Below, piece after piece: positions 17,998 to 28,276 of a stretch of 64,000 nt of DNA. Within the stretch, counting starts at the first letter, position 1. Each line of letters begins with the position of its first letter. The notes below the pieces were generated by a model, which saw only the letters and a program-made list of their open reading frames with translations, did not search any database and was not told the DNA's origin. This DNA comes from Candidatus Kerfeldbacteria bacterium (GTDB lineage Bacteria > Patescibacteriota > Patescibacteriia > SBBC01 > CAIJZX01), in contig CAIJZX010000016.1 in the NCBI GenBank assembly GCA_903825245.1, forward strand, positions 66,100 through 130,099, in the 5' to 3' direction. Both the position numbers and the translations under genes were made by a program.

Positions 17998-18974
17998 AAA
18001 CCTTTGATGTCATCACTATCGGCGCGGCCACTCGGGACGTGTTCTTAAAAAGCAAGGCGATTCGCGTTATTCGTGACGCTGATTTTTCGACCGGTGAAGC
18101 TGAATGTTTTGCCTTAGGCTCAAAAATAGAAGTTGACGATATTATCTTTGAAACCGGCGGCGGGGCGACAAACGCCGCAGTGAGTTTTGCACGGCAAGGT
18201 TTACGATCATCGTTTGCCGGAAAAATTGGAGCACATGACGCGCGCGGTACAGAAATTCTAGCTGCGTTAAAGGCCGAGAAGGTAGATACCTCGCTCGTCA
18301 CCCGCGATACAAAGAAAGCGACCGGGTACTCCGTCTTATTATTGACTCCGCGTGGTGAACGCACGGTTCTCGTCTACCGTGGTGCTTCAGCGGATTTCTC
18401 CATTCATGATTTTCCGTGGTCGCGGATGCATAGCCGATGGATCTATGTTTCATCGCTAGCCGGAAAATTGCCGATTTTGAAAACAATTTGGGAACACGCC
18501 GCGAAACACCATACAAAAATTATCTGGGATCCAGGGAGCGGCGAATTGGCTCACGGACTGGCACGCTTAAAACCGTTCCTGCAACAAACGAGTATTCTCC
18601 ATGTCAATCAGGAAGAAGCGGCGAAAATGATGGGCTATGGGTACGAACAAGATGAAATGAGCTTCGATCGACTACGACAAATTGTCGGCGGTGTCACTAT
18701 TGTTACCGGCGGTACAGAGGGCGCACTTGGCGGCACAACGAAGGAAAGTTGGCGATCCGGAACGCATCCGATTCAGGTTCTTGATACCACCGGCGCGGGG
18801 GATGCATTTACCAGCGGGTTTGCCGCTGCCTTCATTCGTACCAAAGGCGATATACCATATGCCTTGCAGTTTGGTACAGAAAACTCGGAATCAGTTATTC
18901 GCCATCATGGGGCAAAAGTAGGATTACTCAAAACACATCGACTGAGCAAACCGGTTCGGGTCACACGGAGATAA
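17994..18974 (+). CDS. PfkB-family carbohydrate kinase
   Basis: GGGATNAA and DTTGAGDAF signatures. Confidence 0.9.
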   Translation: MKTFDVITIGAATRDVFLKSKAIRVIRDADFSTGEAECFALGSKIEVDDIIFETGGGATNAAVSFARQGLRSSFAGKIGAHDARGTEILAALKAEKVDTSLVTRDTKKATGYSVLLLTPRGERTVLVYRGASADFSIHDFPWSRMHSRWIYVSSLAGKLPILKTIWEHAAKHHTKIIWDPGSGELAHGLARLKPFLQQTSILHVNQEEAAKMMGYGYEQDEMSFDRLRQIVGGVTIVTGGTEGALGGTTKESWRSGTHPIQVLDTTGAGDAFTSGFAAAFIRTKGDIPYALQFGTENSESVIRHHGAKVGLLKTHRLSKPVRVTRR

Positions 18975-18977
18975 GCT

Positions 18978-20483
18978 ATGCCATTTTTCCTCAACGCTCG
19001 GCGTATCGATATCGACACCGGAGGTGACTCGCAGATTGTCTTACTTCGCGGACGCGATGCAGATTCTTTTGGTATTACGCCAGGTGATCGTATTCGACTG
19101 ACTTCGGGAAAAAATGTCATTACGGTGGCGACCGATGTAACCCACCACTCTATCAGGCACGGTGAAATTGGCATTTTCGCTGATATTTGGAAACTGCTCA
19201 AAACACGCGAACATGCTCCGGTGATTATTGAAGCAATCGCCCGGCCAGCTTCAGTTGAGGCTATTAAAAAGAAACTCCTCGGGCAGGAAATTTCTGACCA
19301 AGAAATTCGGTCCATTATTACGGATATTTCTAAACGTCAACTGAGCACTATCGAAACCACGTACTTTGTCGCTTCCGGGTATGTCAAGCCGTATACCAAC
19401 CGCGAACTTATTTCAATGGTTGCCGCCATGGCAGAAACCGGCGACATGTTCAAATGGGGAAACCGAAAGGTTGTCGATAAACATTCGGTGGGTGGTTTAG
19501 CTGGCAATCGCACCACCATGGTCGCGATTCCGATTATCGCTTCGCTTGGACTACTTATTCCGAAAACATCCTCACGAGCAATTACATCACCATCCGGCAC
19601 GGCCGATACAATGGAGGTACTGGCACCAGTAACCTTTACCGCCGACCAAGTAAAAAATATTGTCCGCCAAGCCGGTGGCTGTTTGATTTGGGGCGGGGGA
19701 TTGAGCATCGCTCCCGCCGACGACCTCATTATTCGCGTCTCAAAACCACTGTCACTCGAACCGTATGATAAAATGATCGTCAGTATTTTAGCCAAGAAAG
19801 TGGCCATGGGCGTACAGTATTTAGTCGTTGATTTACCGTATGGTCCAGGAACGAAAATTCCGAATCGGACGGTTGGAAAATTTATTGAAGATCGATTTCA
19901 GGCGGTTGGTAAAGCATTCCACATGCATATCAAGGTGAAATTTGATGCGGCCAAGCAACCGATTGGTAGTGGTGTCGGTCCAGCGCTCGAGGCCCGCGAC
20001 GTTCTACGTGTCTTGCAACGCTCCGATGATCGACCACTTGATTTAGAACGTAAAGCTATTGGTTTAGCCGCGGAATTATTGGAAATGAGTGGCAACTGTC
20101 GACCAGGACAAGGAACGGCGATCGCCCATCAAGCACTTGCAGATGGTCGGGCATGGAAAAAAATGCAGCAAATTATCGGCTTGCAAGGCGGGCGAACTGA
20201 CATCAAACCAGACGATGTGCTCAAGGGAGCTATAACCTACACCGTGACCGCCAAACACGCCGGCATCATTCGTGAAGTTGACAACCGCGCCATTGATGAT
20301 GTTGCGCGGACACTTGGCGCACCGGATCACAAACTGGGCGGGCTATTCTTACACCGGAAAATTGGACAGCGTGTGAAGATCGGCGATCCATTAGTAATGT
20401 TGTCCAGCCAAAGCGCAGATCGAATGGCGCTTGCTCGACATTCAACAGCATTGCAACAAATTCTGAAATTGCGTGCTGTATGA
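18978..20483 (+). CDS. AMP phosphorylase (archaeal-type thymidine phosphorylase family)
   Basis: N-terminal extension plus DKHSVGG.AGNRTT, PKTSSRAITSPSGTAD, ILAKK, GVGPALEA. Confidence 0.9.
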   Translation: MPFFLNARRIDIDTGGDSQIVLLRGRDADSFGITPGDRIRLTSGKNVITVATDVTHHSIRHGEIGIFADIWKLLKTREHAPVIIEAIARPASVEAIKKKLLGQEISDQEIRSIITDISKRQLSTIETTYFVASGYVKPYTNRELISMVAAMAETGDMFKWGNRKVVDKHSVGGLAGNRTTMVAIPIIASLGLLIPKTSSRAITSPSGTADTMEVLAPVTFTADQVKNIVRQAGGCLIWGGGLSIAPADDLIIRVSKPLSLEPYDKMIVSILAKKVAMGVQYLVVDLPYGPGTKIPNRTVGKFIEDRFQAVGKAFHMHIKVKFDAAKQPIGSGVGPALEARDVLRVLQRSDDRPLDLERKAIGLAAELLEMSGNCRPGQGTAIAHQALADGRAWKKMQQIIGLQGGRTDIKPDDVLKGAITYTVTAKHAGIIREVDNRAIDDVARTLGAPDHKLGGLFLHRKIGQRVKIGDPLVMLSSQSADRMALARHSTALQQILKLRAV

Positions 20484-21991
20484 ACGTTCGTGTCCGCCGC
20501 CCAGCGTGGGTACAACTGAGTGAATTGACACGATATCGCTGGTTAGAAATGCTGCCAGGATTGAGTGTCTGGGTGACATTAATTACCGCTGTTGTCGTCT
20601 CCATCTTCGCCCCGGTGGTAGCCATTGGCTTTATTGTCGTCTTCGATGTGTTTTGGCTAATTCGCGTACTCTACACGATGAGCTACCTCATTATTGCCTT
20701 CGGCCAGTACCGACGGACAATCACGGTTGATTGGTACCAACGAATGACCACGCTGCCCGATTGGCAAAACATCTACCAACTCATTATAGTTCCGACGGCG
20801 AGTGAGCCATATGAAGTTTTGCGTGGCACGTTTGAATCGTTAGCAAAGGTTGCTTTCCCGCAGCACCACATGATTGTTGTCTTGGCTATTGAAGGACGTA
20901 ACGCTACAACGCTTCGGCCAATCGCTGAGCGACTACGACAGGAATACGAATCCATCTTTACAACCTTTTTAGTCACTGAACATCCCGACTCCATTATCGG
21001 TGAAGTTGCCGGTAAGGGTGCCAACGGGGCTTGGGCGGGCCGAAAAGCCCAAGAGCTGATTGATGCCTTACAGATACCCTACACGAACGTTCTCGTGTCC
21101 ACGTTTGACGCTGATTCCGTCGCTCATCCGCAGTATTTTAGTTACCTGACGTATACCTTTTTAACACATCCGGATCGACATCATACGAGCTATCAGCCGA
21201 TTCCGCTCTTCCACAATAACGTTTGGGATGCCCTACCAATGATGCGCGTCGTGGCAGCGAGCACCACAATTTGGTTGCTCGGTGATGCTGCGAGACCGGA
21301 ACGATTATTAACGTTTTCCTCCCATAGCATGCCGTTTACAGCGCTTGTTGATGTCGGTTTCTGGCAAACGGACTGCGTATCGGAAGACTCACGGATATTT
21401 CTTCAATGTCTTGTACATTATGACGGTCGTTACACGGTTACGCCAATGTTTATACCAATTTCGATGGATACGATTGATGCGCCATCAATCTGGCGTAGCA
21501 TGGTCAACCAATACAAACAAATTCGCCGCTGGGCATACGGTACAGAAAACTTGCCATACATGATCTGGAATTTTCTTTCTAATCCACGAATGCCCCGTCT
21601 GCTGAAATGGCGATATATCTGGAATCAATTTGAGGGCACATACTCTTGGGCCACAGCGCCGCTGTTAATCACCCTTCTCGGCTGGCTGCCGTTTCAATTC
21701 CATAACGCCGCCCTCGACACTTCCGTCTTGGCTCACAATGCACCGATGGTGACCCAACGTTTACTTCTGGGTGCGATGCTCGGCCTCGTGGCCTCAGCCG
21801 TCGTTACTACGGTGATGCTTCCGCGCGAAAACCATCAAGCCCGCTGGTACGAATGGATCATGATGGTTGGCCAATGGTTCTTACTTCCAATAACCATGAT
21901 TGCTTTTGGTTCAATTCCGGCGATTGAAGCACAAACTCGCTTGATGCTGGGAAAATATTTAGGTTTTTGGGTATCAGAAAAAACCCGATGA
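20480..21991 (+). CDS. Membrane-bound GT2 glycosyltransferase
   Basis: GKGAN, FDAD, SED, QIRRWAYG motifs with N- and C-terminal TMs. Confidence 0.85.
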   Translation: MNVRVRRPAWVQLSELTRYRWLEMLPGLSVWVTLITAVVVSIFAPVVAIGFIVVFDVFWLIRVLYTMSYLIIAFGQYRRTITVDWYQRMTTLPDWQNIYQLIIVPTASEPYEVLRGTFESLAKVAFPQHHMIVVLAIEGRNATTLRPIAERLRQEYESIFTTFLVTEHPDSIIGEVAGKGANGAWAGRKAQELIDALQIPYTNVLVSTFDADSVAHPQYFSYLTYTFLTHPDRHHTSYQPIPLFHNNVWDALPMMRVVAASTTIWLLGDAARPERLLTFSSHSMPFTALVDVGFWQTDCVSEDSRIFLQCLVHYDGRYTVTPMFIPISMDTIDAPSIWRSMVNQYKQIRRWAYGTENLPYMIWNFLSNPRMPRLLKWRYIWNQFEGTYSWATAPLLITLLGWLPFQFHNAALDTSVLAHNAPMVTQRLLLGAMLGLVASAVVTTVMLPRENHQARWYEWIMMVGQWFLLPITMIAFGSIPAIEAQTRLMLGKYLGFWVSEKTR

Positions 21992-22013
21992 TACTGGTCC
22001 GGTTGAGGATACA

Positions 22014-22673
22014 TTACTCGTCTACTGATCCGTATAATGCTTTTTGTTCTTTCTTGTAGTACGCCCAATATCGATCGCCGTATGACCAGTGCCACCATTC
22101 CGCAGGATAATTAACAAACCCAGCTTGAGATAATGCCGAGATTAATATAGTTCGAAATTTTTTTTGCTCCGGCGTTATATTCCGGGAAAGCGTATGCGAA
22201 GTTTCACTATAATCTCCAATTTGAGGTGTGGTATGCGTGGTAGTCCTGAGGTTATATTCCTTTCCCTGGTCATCAACTAACGTAAGATCGACCGCGCCAC
22301 CGGTAGTGTGGGGTGGAATACTCTTCGGTGGGGCAACGAAAATGCTGGCCTCTTTTTCGACTTTTTTCCTAGTCCAATCTGGATGCTCTAGAGATAGTTT
22401 CTGAACATATTCAGCAAAGTATTCTTTCTGCACACGAAGCGGGTGCCAACCTTCATTCACCTTAAAATGAAAATGATTAGGCAACAATAACGATGCAGTT
22501 TTTAACCTTTCTGCCACACCCCGACGTACCTGAAACAGACTAGACGCGTTTTCGGAAGTATCAACAGATATCCAGGATGCATTTTGAAGGTCAACCAATA
22601 TATCGCCATTATCTTGTACAGGTATGGCCAGAATCAATGGATCAGCAATGGATAAAAATGGACCAGGAACCAT
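22014..22673 (-). CDS. D-Ala-D-Ala dipeptidase (VanX/M15 family)
   Basis: PPHTTGGAVDLTL and EWWHWSYGD zinc motifs. Confidence 0.88.
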   Translation of the reverse strand: MVPGPFLSIADPLILAIPVQDNGDILVDLQNASWISVDTSENASSLFQVRRGVAERLKTASLLLPNHFHFKVNEGWHPLRVQKEYFAEYVQKLSLEHPDWTRKKVEKEASIFVAPPKSIPPHTTGGAVDLTLVDDQGKEYNLRTTTHTTPQIGDYSETSHTLSRNITPEQKKFRTILISALSQAGFVNYPAEWWHWSYGDRYWAYYKKEQKALYGSVDE

Positions 22674-22714
22674 TGTAGTTAATATACCTGTAGCAGGTTG
22701 TTACTCAGAGAAGG

Positions 22715-23647
22715 CTACCCTAACAATGCGCCAATAAAGTTCGGATAACTTCCCGGCACAGTTCTTGCGTCTTGTGGTTGGCGTCCGCTGAATTGGATGA
22801 CCGTGGGAATAAAGAGTCCACTGGTGCAGACGATGGCCCACGATCGCTCGTGACGAACAACCGTCCCGGGTTGAGCAATTACTCGCTGCGGCAATGCATG
22901 TGCCTCTAGAATTTTTATTTCCTTACCGTTCCACGATGTCCAAACACCTGGCCATGGGGTATAGGCACGGACATTGCGTTCGAGTTGTAGAGCACTCTTC
23001 CATGTTGCCCGACCATCAGCGCGTTGTAATTTCTGGCAGAGAACAGCACCCTCAACCGGCTGAATTTTCGGTTCAACTTGATCATTGAGCCAACCCAAAA
23101 CAACTTCCTCAAGGTGAGTTGCCGAAAGCTCGGCTAGCCGTTGTTCGAGTTGCGGACGAGTTTCAGTAGGTTCGATGGGTAACGGATACTGTGCAAGCAC
23201 CGGGCCAGTATCGCATCCGGCATCCATCAACATAAATGTCGTACCGGTCACTTGGTCGCCATTAACAATAGCCGCTGCGATCGGACTCGCCCCGCGGTAG
23301 CGAGGAAGAAGTGAGGCATGGATATTAATTGAACCTCGACCCGGCAAATCGAGAATTTCTTGTGGCAGTAGTAATCCATACGCGGCCACCAGAAAAACAT
23401 CAGCTTGTAAGGCAGCGATATCTGCTTGCACCTGATCATCACGTAGTGATGTCGGAGTCAGAACAGGAATATTGTACTGTTGCGCCCATTGAGCTACAGC
23501 TGTTTCCGTTATTGTTTTCTGGCGGCCAATTTCCCGCGCCGGTTGAGTCACCACACCGACAAGGGTTACTTCTTTGCTATTAGCGATCACGTTCAGCGCT
23601 GGAATACCAAATGCACTAGTGCCAAAAAAAACAAGTCGAATACTCAT
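22715..23647 (-). CDS. fmt: Methionyl-tRNA formyltransferase
   Basis: FFGT, VVTQP, INIHASLLPRYRGASPI, DTGP, PWPG. Confidence 0.95.
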   Translation of the reverse strand: MSIRLVFFGTSAFGIPALNVIANSKEVTLVGVVTQPAREIGRQKTITETAVAQWAQQYNIPVLTPTSLRDDQVQADIAALQADVFLVAAYGLLLPQEILDLPGRGSINIHASLLPRYRGASPIAAAIVNGDQVTGTTFMLMDAGCDTGPVLAQYPLPIEPTETRPQLEQRLAELSATHLEEVVLGWLNDQVEPKIQPVEGAVLCQKLQRADGRATWKSALQLERNVRAYTPWPGVWTSWNGKEIKILEAHALPQRVIAQPGTVVRHERSWAIVCTSGLFIPTVIQFSGRQPQDARTVPGSYPNFIGALLG

Positions 23648-24159
23648 GGGAGTAAATTTTTTCCTTTAGTAAAACTGGTGGCTCGCGTAATAAACAGAAC
23701 GCCGTCGAGGTGATCCACTTCGTGCTGGATGACCCGTGCCAATAGACCTTCCGCGGACAAGGTAAGCAGTTGAGCTTGTCGGTTATAAGCCTGAACCGTG
23801 ATGATAGTTGGTCGCGGTACATAACCAAACACTCCCGGAATCGACAAGCAGCCTTCTTCCTGAATGTCGTGGTCTACACTTCGCTCAAGAATTGTAGGAT
23901 TCAGTAAAACAAGAGGTTCTTTCAGTCCACTGTCGGCTGAGTCATCAATGACTGCAATTCGAACATTTTGACCAACTTGTGGGGCCGCTAAGCCAATGCC
24001 ATCGGCTTTACGCATGGTCACAATCATACTATCAACCAGTGACTGTGTTACTGATAACTGCAGGTCTGATTCCAAAACCGGACTTGTCGGTTGTTGCAAG
24101 AACGCGTATTCCGCTGGTTCGAATATTTTCCAGATTCGTAATGGTTGCGATCGTTTCAT
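23644..24159 (-). CDS. def: Peptide deformylase
   Basis: GIGLAAPQVG, EGCLS, QHEVDHLDG. Confidence 0.96.
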   Translation of the reverse strand: MKRSQPLRIWKIFEPAEYAFLQQPTSPVLESDLQLSVTQSLVDSMIVTMRKADGIGLAAPQVGQNVRIAVIDDSADSGLKEPLVLLNPTILERSVDHDIQEEGCLSIPGVFGYVPRPTIITVQAYNRQAQLLTLSAEGLLARVIQHEVDHLDGVLFITRATSFTKGKNLLP

Positions 24160-24192
24160 ATAAACAGTGTACCGAATAAAGGAGGTTGGCGT

Positions 24193-25950
24193 CTAGTCTA
24201 ACCACGAGCGAGGAGAGAAATCCACTTGCCACGGATAGGGGAAGTATTCTGACCAAGCAAACTGTGTTTCAGCCTCCGGGGTAAGAAACGTCAGTAGGAG
24301 CCGATGCGGATGTTTTTGAGATACTGGTAGTCGTGTTACCGAAACGCTATCCGATAATGCTGATAAAGCCCGTTGTACGCCTTCCACCGTCGCCATCGGG
24401 CCTCGATACCGAGCAATCCACTGGGTCGTAAACGGTGGTAATCCTAGACGGTGCCGATCGGCTAATTCGTTTTCATACCAAGCACGATCGTCACTGTGCA
24501 GCCAACGCTGCCAAAAAACGTTTTGTGTATCAAACGTTTGAACGAGTATCGTGCTCGTGGGTGACGACGCCTCCAAACGGGACAAAAATTGCCATGCTCG
24601 TTCCGTTGCCGAATAGTCCGGAATGTTTAGTAGGCTGTCACCACTGACAAGAATAATGGCACCGACAGGTTTCATCGATTGTAGATGGTGGTATGCCTGA
24701 TAGGTATCAACCGCAATATCACACAGCACATCAGGACTGACGATCGGCGCCACCGTGTTCTCCGGCCATAATGCCTGCGCCGCGGCCACAATCTGTTCAA
24801 TACCAAGTCCGCGTACTGCCCAACGCGTTCCGCCACAGTTTGGGCAAGCCGCATGAAGTGAAACTGTTGAATGACAATGCTGACAAACTGCATCGTCCTT
24901 CACGCCACGAAACAGCGTCGCTCGTTGTCCACAAATCGGACATCGTTGGACATATTGGCATGACTGACACAATGTCGTACTGGCAAATCCACGCCGGGGA
25001 CCAATGCAAATAACACGTTGATGTGCCGCCAGAGTATCGTTGATTATTTGCCGCGCTTCTTCAGTAAACCATGAGAACGATGCATCCCGATTTAATGAAG
25101 CAATCTGCCGTTGTGGTGAAACCGGCGGCGGAATCGGGTGATTATCACGATAGGTCAGCAGCGTTGGTGCTGATGACGTTATGCTTGCAGTTGCCTGCAA
25201 CGATCGTAAAATTGTTAGTGTATCGTAACGAGGGTGCGCTGCTGTTTGTTTATGACCAATATGTTCTTCTTGATCAAGGAGAATCGTCGGCGTCGAAGGA
25301 AACGGTAAACTCAATGCCCGCAGCGTACCGACAAGAACCAGCCGCTCACCGCAGATGAGTCGTTGCCATAGTTTAGCGATCGCCGTCGGCGTGATTTTAC
25401 TGTGGACAATTTCAGCGACTTGACCTTGTCCGGCAAATACATCAGCAATGGCCTGAATATCTTGAACCGTCGGCGAAAGGATCACTTTTGATTTTTCGGA
25501 CGCTCGAGCTTGTTCAAGCAAATGTTGGATAGCTTGTTGTCGATTGCGATACCAAAAGATGTCCGGTGATGCCGGTACATTTTTGATAGTTGCAAAGATC
25601 GGTACCTCTGAGAAATACTTCGTTAATCCCCGAAGGGTCAGTTTGGGTATACTACCCATCAATACCGTCGTCAAAGACGTCGCTCCAGTATCCGCCATCG
25701 CCTGACTAACACGCATCATCCACGGTGTTATTATTGGTCCAGAGAAATGTACCTGGGAAATTTCTTGAGCGGAATAATTTCCCGATAGTGCCACATTCAT
25801 TTGCCAGACAATGCCAAGAATTTGTCGACCGCGCAACGGTATCGATACCAATTGACCGGGGGCAACTGTCATTGTTGCAGGGCATGTATACGTTAACCAC
25901 TGCCGGTCAGCCGGCAATCGGCGAAGCGGCACGACATTAACGTAGGCCAT
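24193..25950 (-). CDS. priA: Primosomal protein N'-like (PriA) with degenerate helicase core
   Basis: LTY...VSIPLRGR 3'-DNA-binding domain, RRGFAS-C..C...CP.C...C.HC...CP.C zinc cluster, QT, LPPF; no Walker A. Confidence 0.8.
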   Translation of the reverse strand: MAYVNVVPLRRLPADRQWLTYTCPATMTVAPGQLVSIPLRGRQILGIVWQMNVALSGNYSAQEISQVHFSGPIITPWMMRVSQAMADTGATSLTTVLMGSIPKLTLRGLTKYFSEVPIFATIKNVPASPDIFWYRNRQQAIQHLLEQARASEKSKVILSPTVQDIQAIADVFAGQGQVAEIVHSKITPTAIAKLWQRLICGERLVLVGTLRALSLPFPSTPTILLDQEEHIGHKQTAAHPRYDTLTILRSLQATASITSSAPTLLTYRDNHPIPPPVSPQRQIASLNRDASFSWFTEEARQIINDTLAAHQRVICIGPRRGFASTTLCQSCQYVQRCPICGQRATLFRGVKDDAVCQHCHSTVSLHAACPNCGGTRWAVRGLGIEQIVAAAQALWPENTVAPIVSPDVLCDIAVDTYQAYHHLQSMKPVGAIILVSGDSLLNIPDYSATERAWQFLSRLEASSPTSTILVQTFDTQNVFWQRWLHSDDRAWYENELADRHRLGLPPFTTQWIARYRGPMATVEGVQRALSALSDSVSVTRLPVSQKHPHRLLLTFLTPEAETQFAWSEYFPYPWQVDFSPRSWLD

Positions 25951-26726
25951 TACCGTAGGGTAAAAATCGCCGTTAGTAAGCCAACACCAAGCGGTGCCTC
26001 AAACGATAATATCGTGCCGTGCTGAGCGATAGGATGAATGACACTGAGTAGTGTCACCAACGGCCCGAAGCCGCAGGTCGTCGGGTGCGGCGTTATAGCG
26101 ATCGCCGGCGCCGGATCCACTGCCACAATGGCTTGCGACAAAGCGCGTTCTTCCGTCGTCGGTCGACGCTGTACTCCAGGAGTCCGATCACTCCGTCGGC
26201 TCATATCGCACGAGGCAATAATCATCGAGCGCGCGGAAATCGCCTGGAGAAAATCATACAGTACCATTCCCGCCCGCAACAGAATATCCGTCTGCTGAAA
26301 AGGGAGAATGACTGGCAAAACTGGTACATTTGGTAGTGGCGACAAAACAAAGGTTAGCGGTACACTTGTACCGTAATCAAGTTCGGAATAAGTATGCAAA
26401 ACGAGCGACACATGTTCTTGTTCCGCTACAGTTTTTAATTGATGACTATAACCCACCGCACCTCGTGCGGTTACAACAGTGGACATATCGCCAAACTCAG
26501 CGAATCCGCCGTGGTACCGTTCCGCAACATTTACAACAATAGTATCGGTTATTGTTTCGTGATGCGGCGTTAGAACAACCATCAGGTCGGGCTTGGCTGC
26601 ATATCCCATTTCTACCACCTCAGCGATACTTCGTTTTGTTAACGTCAATAATTCACCATGATCCTTCCCAACTCCCGGAATCAGCAGGGGGGTATGAGGA
26701 AGCACTGCCGCGGCGACAATCGGCAT
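25950..26726 (-). CDS. LigB/MEMO-like protein (AmmeMemoRadiSam protein B type)
   Basis: PHTPLLIPGVG, TPH, LDYGTSVPL, IASCDMS, CG, FEAPLGVG. Confidence 0.75.
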   Translation of the reverse strand: MPIVAAAVLPHTPLLIPGVGKDHGELLTLTKRSIAEVVEMGYAAKPDLMVVLTPHHETITDTIVVNVAERYHGGFAEFGDMSTVVTARGAVGYSHQLKTVAEQEHVSLVLHTYSELDYGTSVPLTFVLSPLPNVPVLPVILPFQQTDILLRAGMVLYDFLQAISARSMIIASCDMSRRSDRTPGVQRRPTTEERALSQAIVAVDPAPAIAITPHPTTCGFGPLVTLLSVIHPIAQHGTILSFEAPLGVGLLTAIFTLR

Positions 26727-26734
26727 GGTGGGAT

Positions 26735-28237
26735 TTATTTGCTGGCTACCGTAACCATGTTCGTATCAACGTCGAGGGCTTGTCCTTCCGGATGCACGGC
26801 GAGAGATTTATCGTTGGTTTTAATCAAGTTAGCCATGATTTTATCAAAGCCATACGCCTTAGCGGCTGCAGCTGTTGGAATGGGCAATTTGTAACCATTC
26901 GAAATGAAATACACGGAACCACCAGTTTTATTTTGAACCAATGAACCATCGCGGAACCCAACGTACGCACCCCAAGTATACGTATCAAGTTGCGCGGCCG
27001 TTACTTTGATTGTTTTTTGGGTACCAAATTGGTTCTTGTAAATATCGCTCGTCGGTACCGGATACTTCACACCATCTTTAACATAAAAGACCATGCCGTT
27101 TTTTGTACTCTGCAAAATGGCTCCCGCCGGATACACATCGGCCGTTGTAACCGCTTCACCCTCAGGAAACTGGTTGAGGACATCCCACGTCGTCTTGATC
27201 ACTGGCTTTCCAACTAATCCGGCGGCAATCATAGCCGCTTTTGATTTCACAGGGCGCTTGAGGTCATTGACAAGTAAGTAGACGCCACCTTTCGGCGTCG
27301 ACAACAACGAGTAATTGGCAAAATAAATTGGATTACCTGTGTTGTATTGTGCCAGTGTATCAGCTGTTACAAAAATAATTTGTTTTGTACTAAATTGAGC
27401 CAAGAAACTGGTCTGTGAGGAAAAAGGGCGCTTAATACCGCTTTGGATTATATATACAACAGATGATCCCTTGGCTTGCAGTAAGGTACCATCAGGGTAC
27501 ATCCGATGTTGGTTAAAATTATATCCGTTCCAGATCTTCCAAAAAGAATAATTCCCACCCGGATGCGGCGTATACGTATACAAAATAGACGTCACGTAAT
27601 TGGCCGGGGTAATAGCAATTTTTGTACCCGGAACACAAATGTTTCGACCACCGGCAGCATCACTAGCGATACATAGAATGTTATTTGTTTTTCCTGGCCC
27701 CCATGTATTTGCCACCGCAGTTGTGGTAACACCAATCGTTGCTAAGTTCATCAGATACCGACGCACTAATTGTGCGGCATTGGTAACTTGATTTTCAAAT
27801 CCTTTATATTTTTGGATACTTGGCGTCGTGGTTGTGCAGCTGTCGCAAAAACCATAACCTGTTGCCCAGTCAAGCTGTGTTTGTGATGGACTTGGGTCAT
27901 CAATCAGGCTTTCTTCCTTTTGCAAGGTGGTCAGTAAAAATTTCGCGTTTATTTGGGCACCTTGCGCCGCTTCGTTAATAATCTGGGCCGCACTCTTGAC
28001 CGTACCATCCGCCTCGGTAACAGAATAGTTCTTCAGAATTCCAGGATGGTTGCCTAAATATTCCTGAATAGTACTCTGATCCATACTGGATGTGTCGAGT
28101 AATTGGTCATCGCCAATGATCAGATTTGGATTAAACACTAGTGTTGGTGTCGTTTGAGCTTGAACTGGCGTAACTAAACCCGGCGCAATCATCCCTAGTA
28201 TGAGCGCTGACAACGTTATTGACGCAAAGATACGCAT
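26735..28237 (-). CDS. Secreted protein: putative lysozyme-like N-domain plus four ~60-aa repeats
   Basis: Signal peptide; LQKEESL...WATGYG.CD...YKGF.NQ...LYTYTPH; repeats of G.L.......VY....g.K.P. Confidence 0.65.
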   Translation of the reverse strand: MRIFASITLSALILGMIAPGLVTPVQAQTTPTLVFNPNLIIGDDQLLDTSSMDQSTIQEYLGNHPGILKNYSVTEADGTVKSAAQIINEAAQGAQINAKFLLTTLQKEESLIDDPSPSQTQLDWATGYGFCDSCTTTTPSIQKYKGFENQVTNAAQLVRRYLMNLATIGVTTTAVANTWGPGKTNNILCIASDAAGGRNICVPGTKIAITPANYVTSILYTYTPHPGGNYSFWKIWNGYNFNQHRMYPDGTLLQAKGSSVVYIIQSGIKRPFSSQTSFLAQFSTKQIIFVTADTLAQYNTGNPIYFANYSLLSTPKGGVYLLVNDLKRPVKSKAAMIAAGLVGKPVIKTTWDVLNQFPEGEAVTTADVYPAGAILQSTKNGMVFYVKDGVKYPVPTSDIYKNQFGTQKTIKVTAAQLDTYTWGAYVGFRDGSLVQNKTGGSVYFISNGYKLPIPTAAAAKAYGFDKIMANLIKTNDKSLAVHPEGQALDVDTNMVTVASK

Positions 28238-28276
28238 AGGATTGAATTATAGCATATTCGATGATACACTTCAAGC

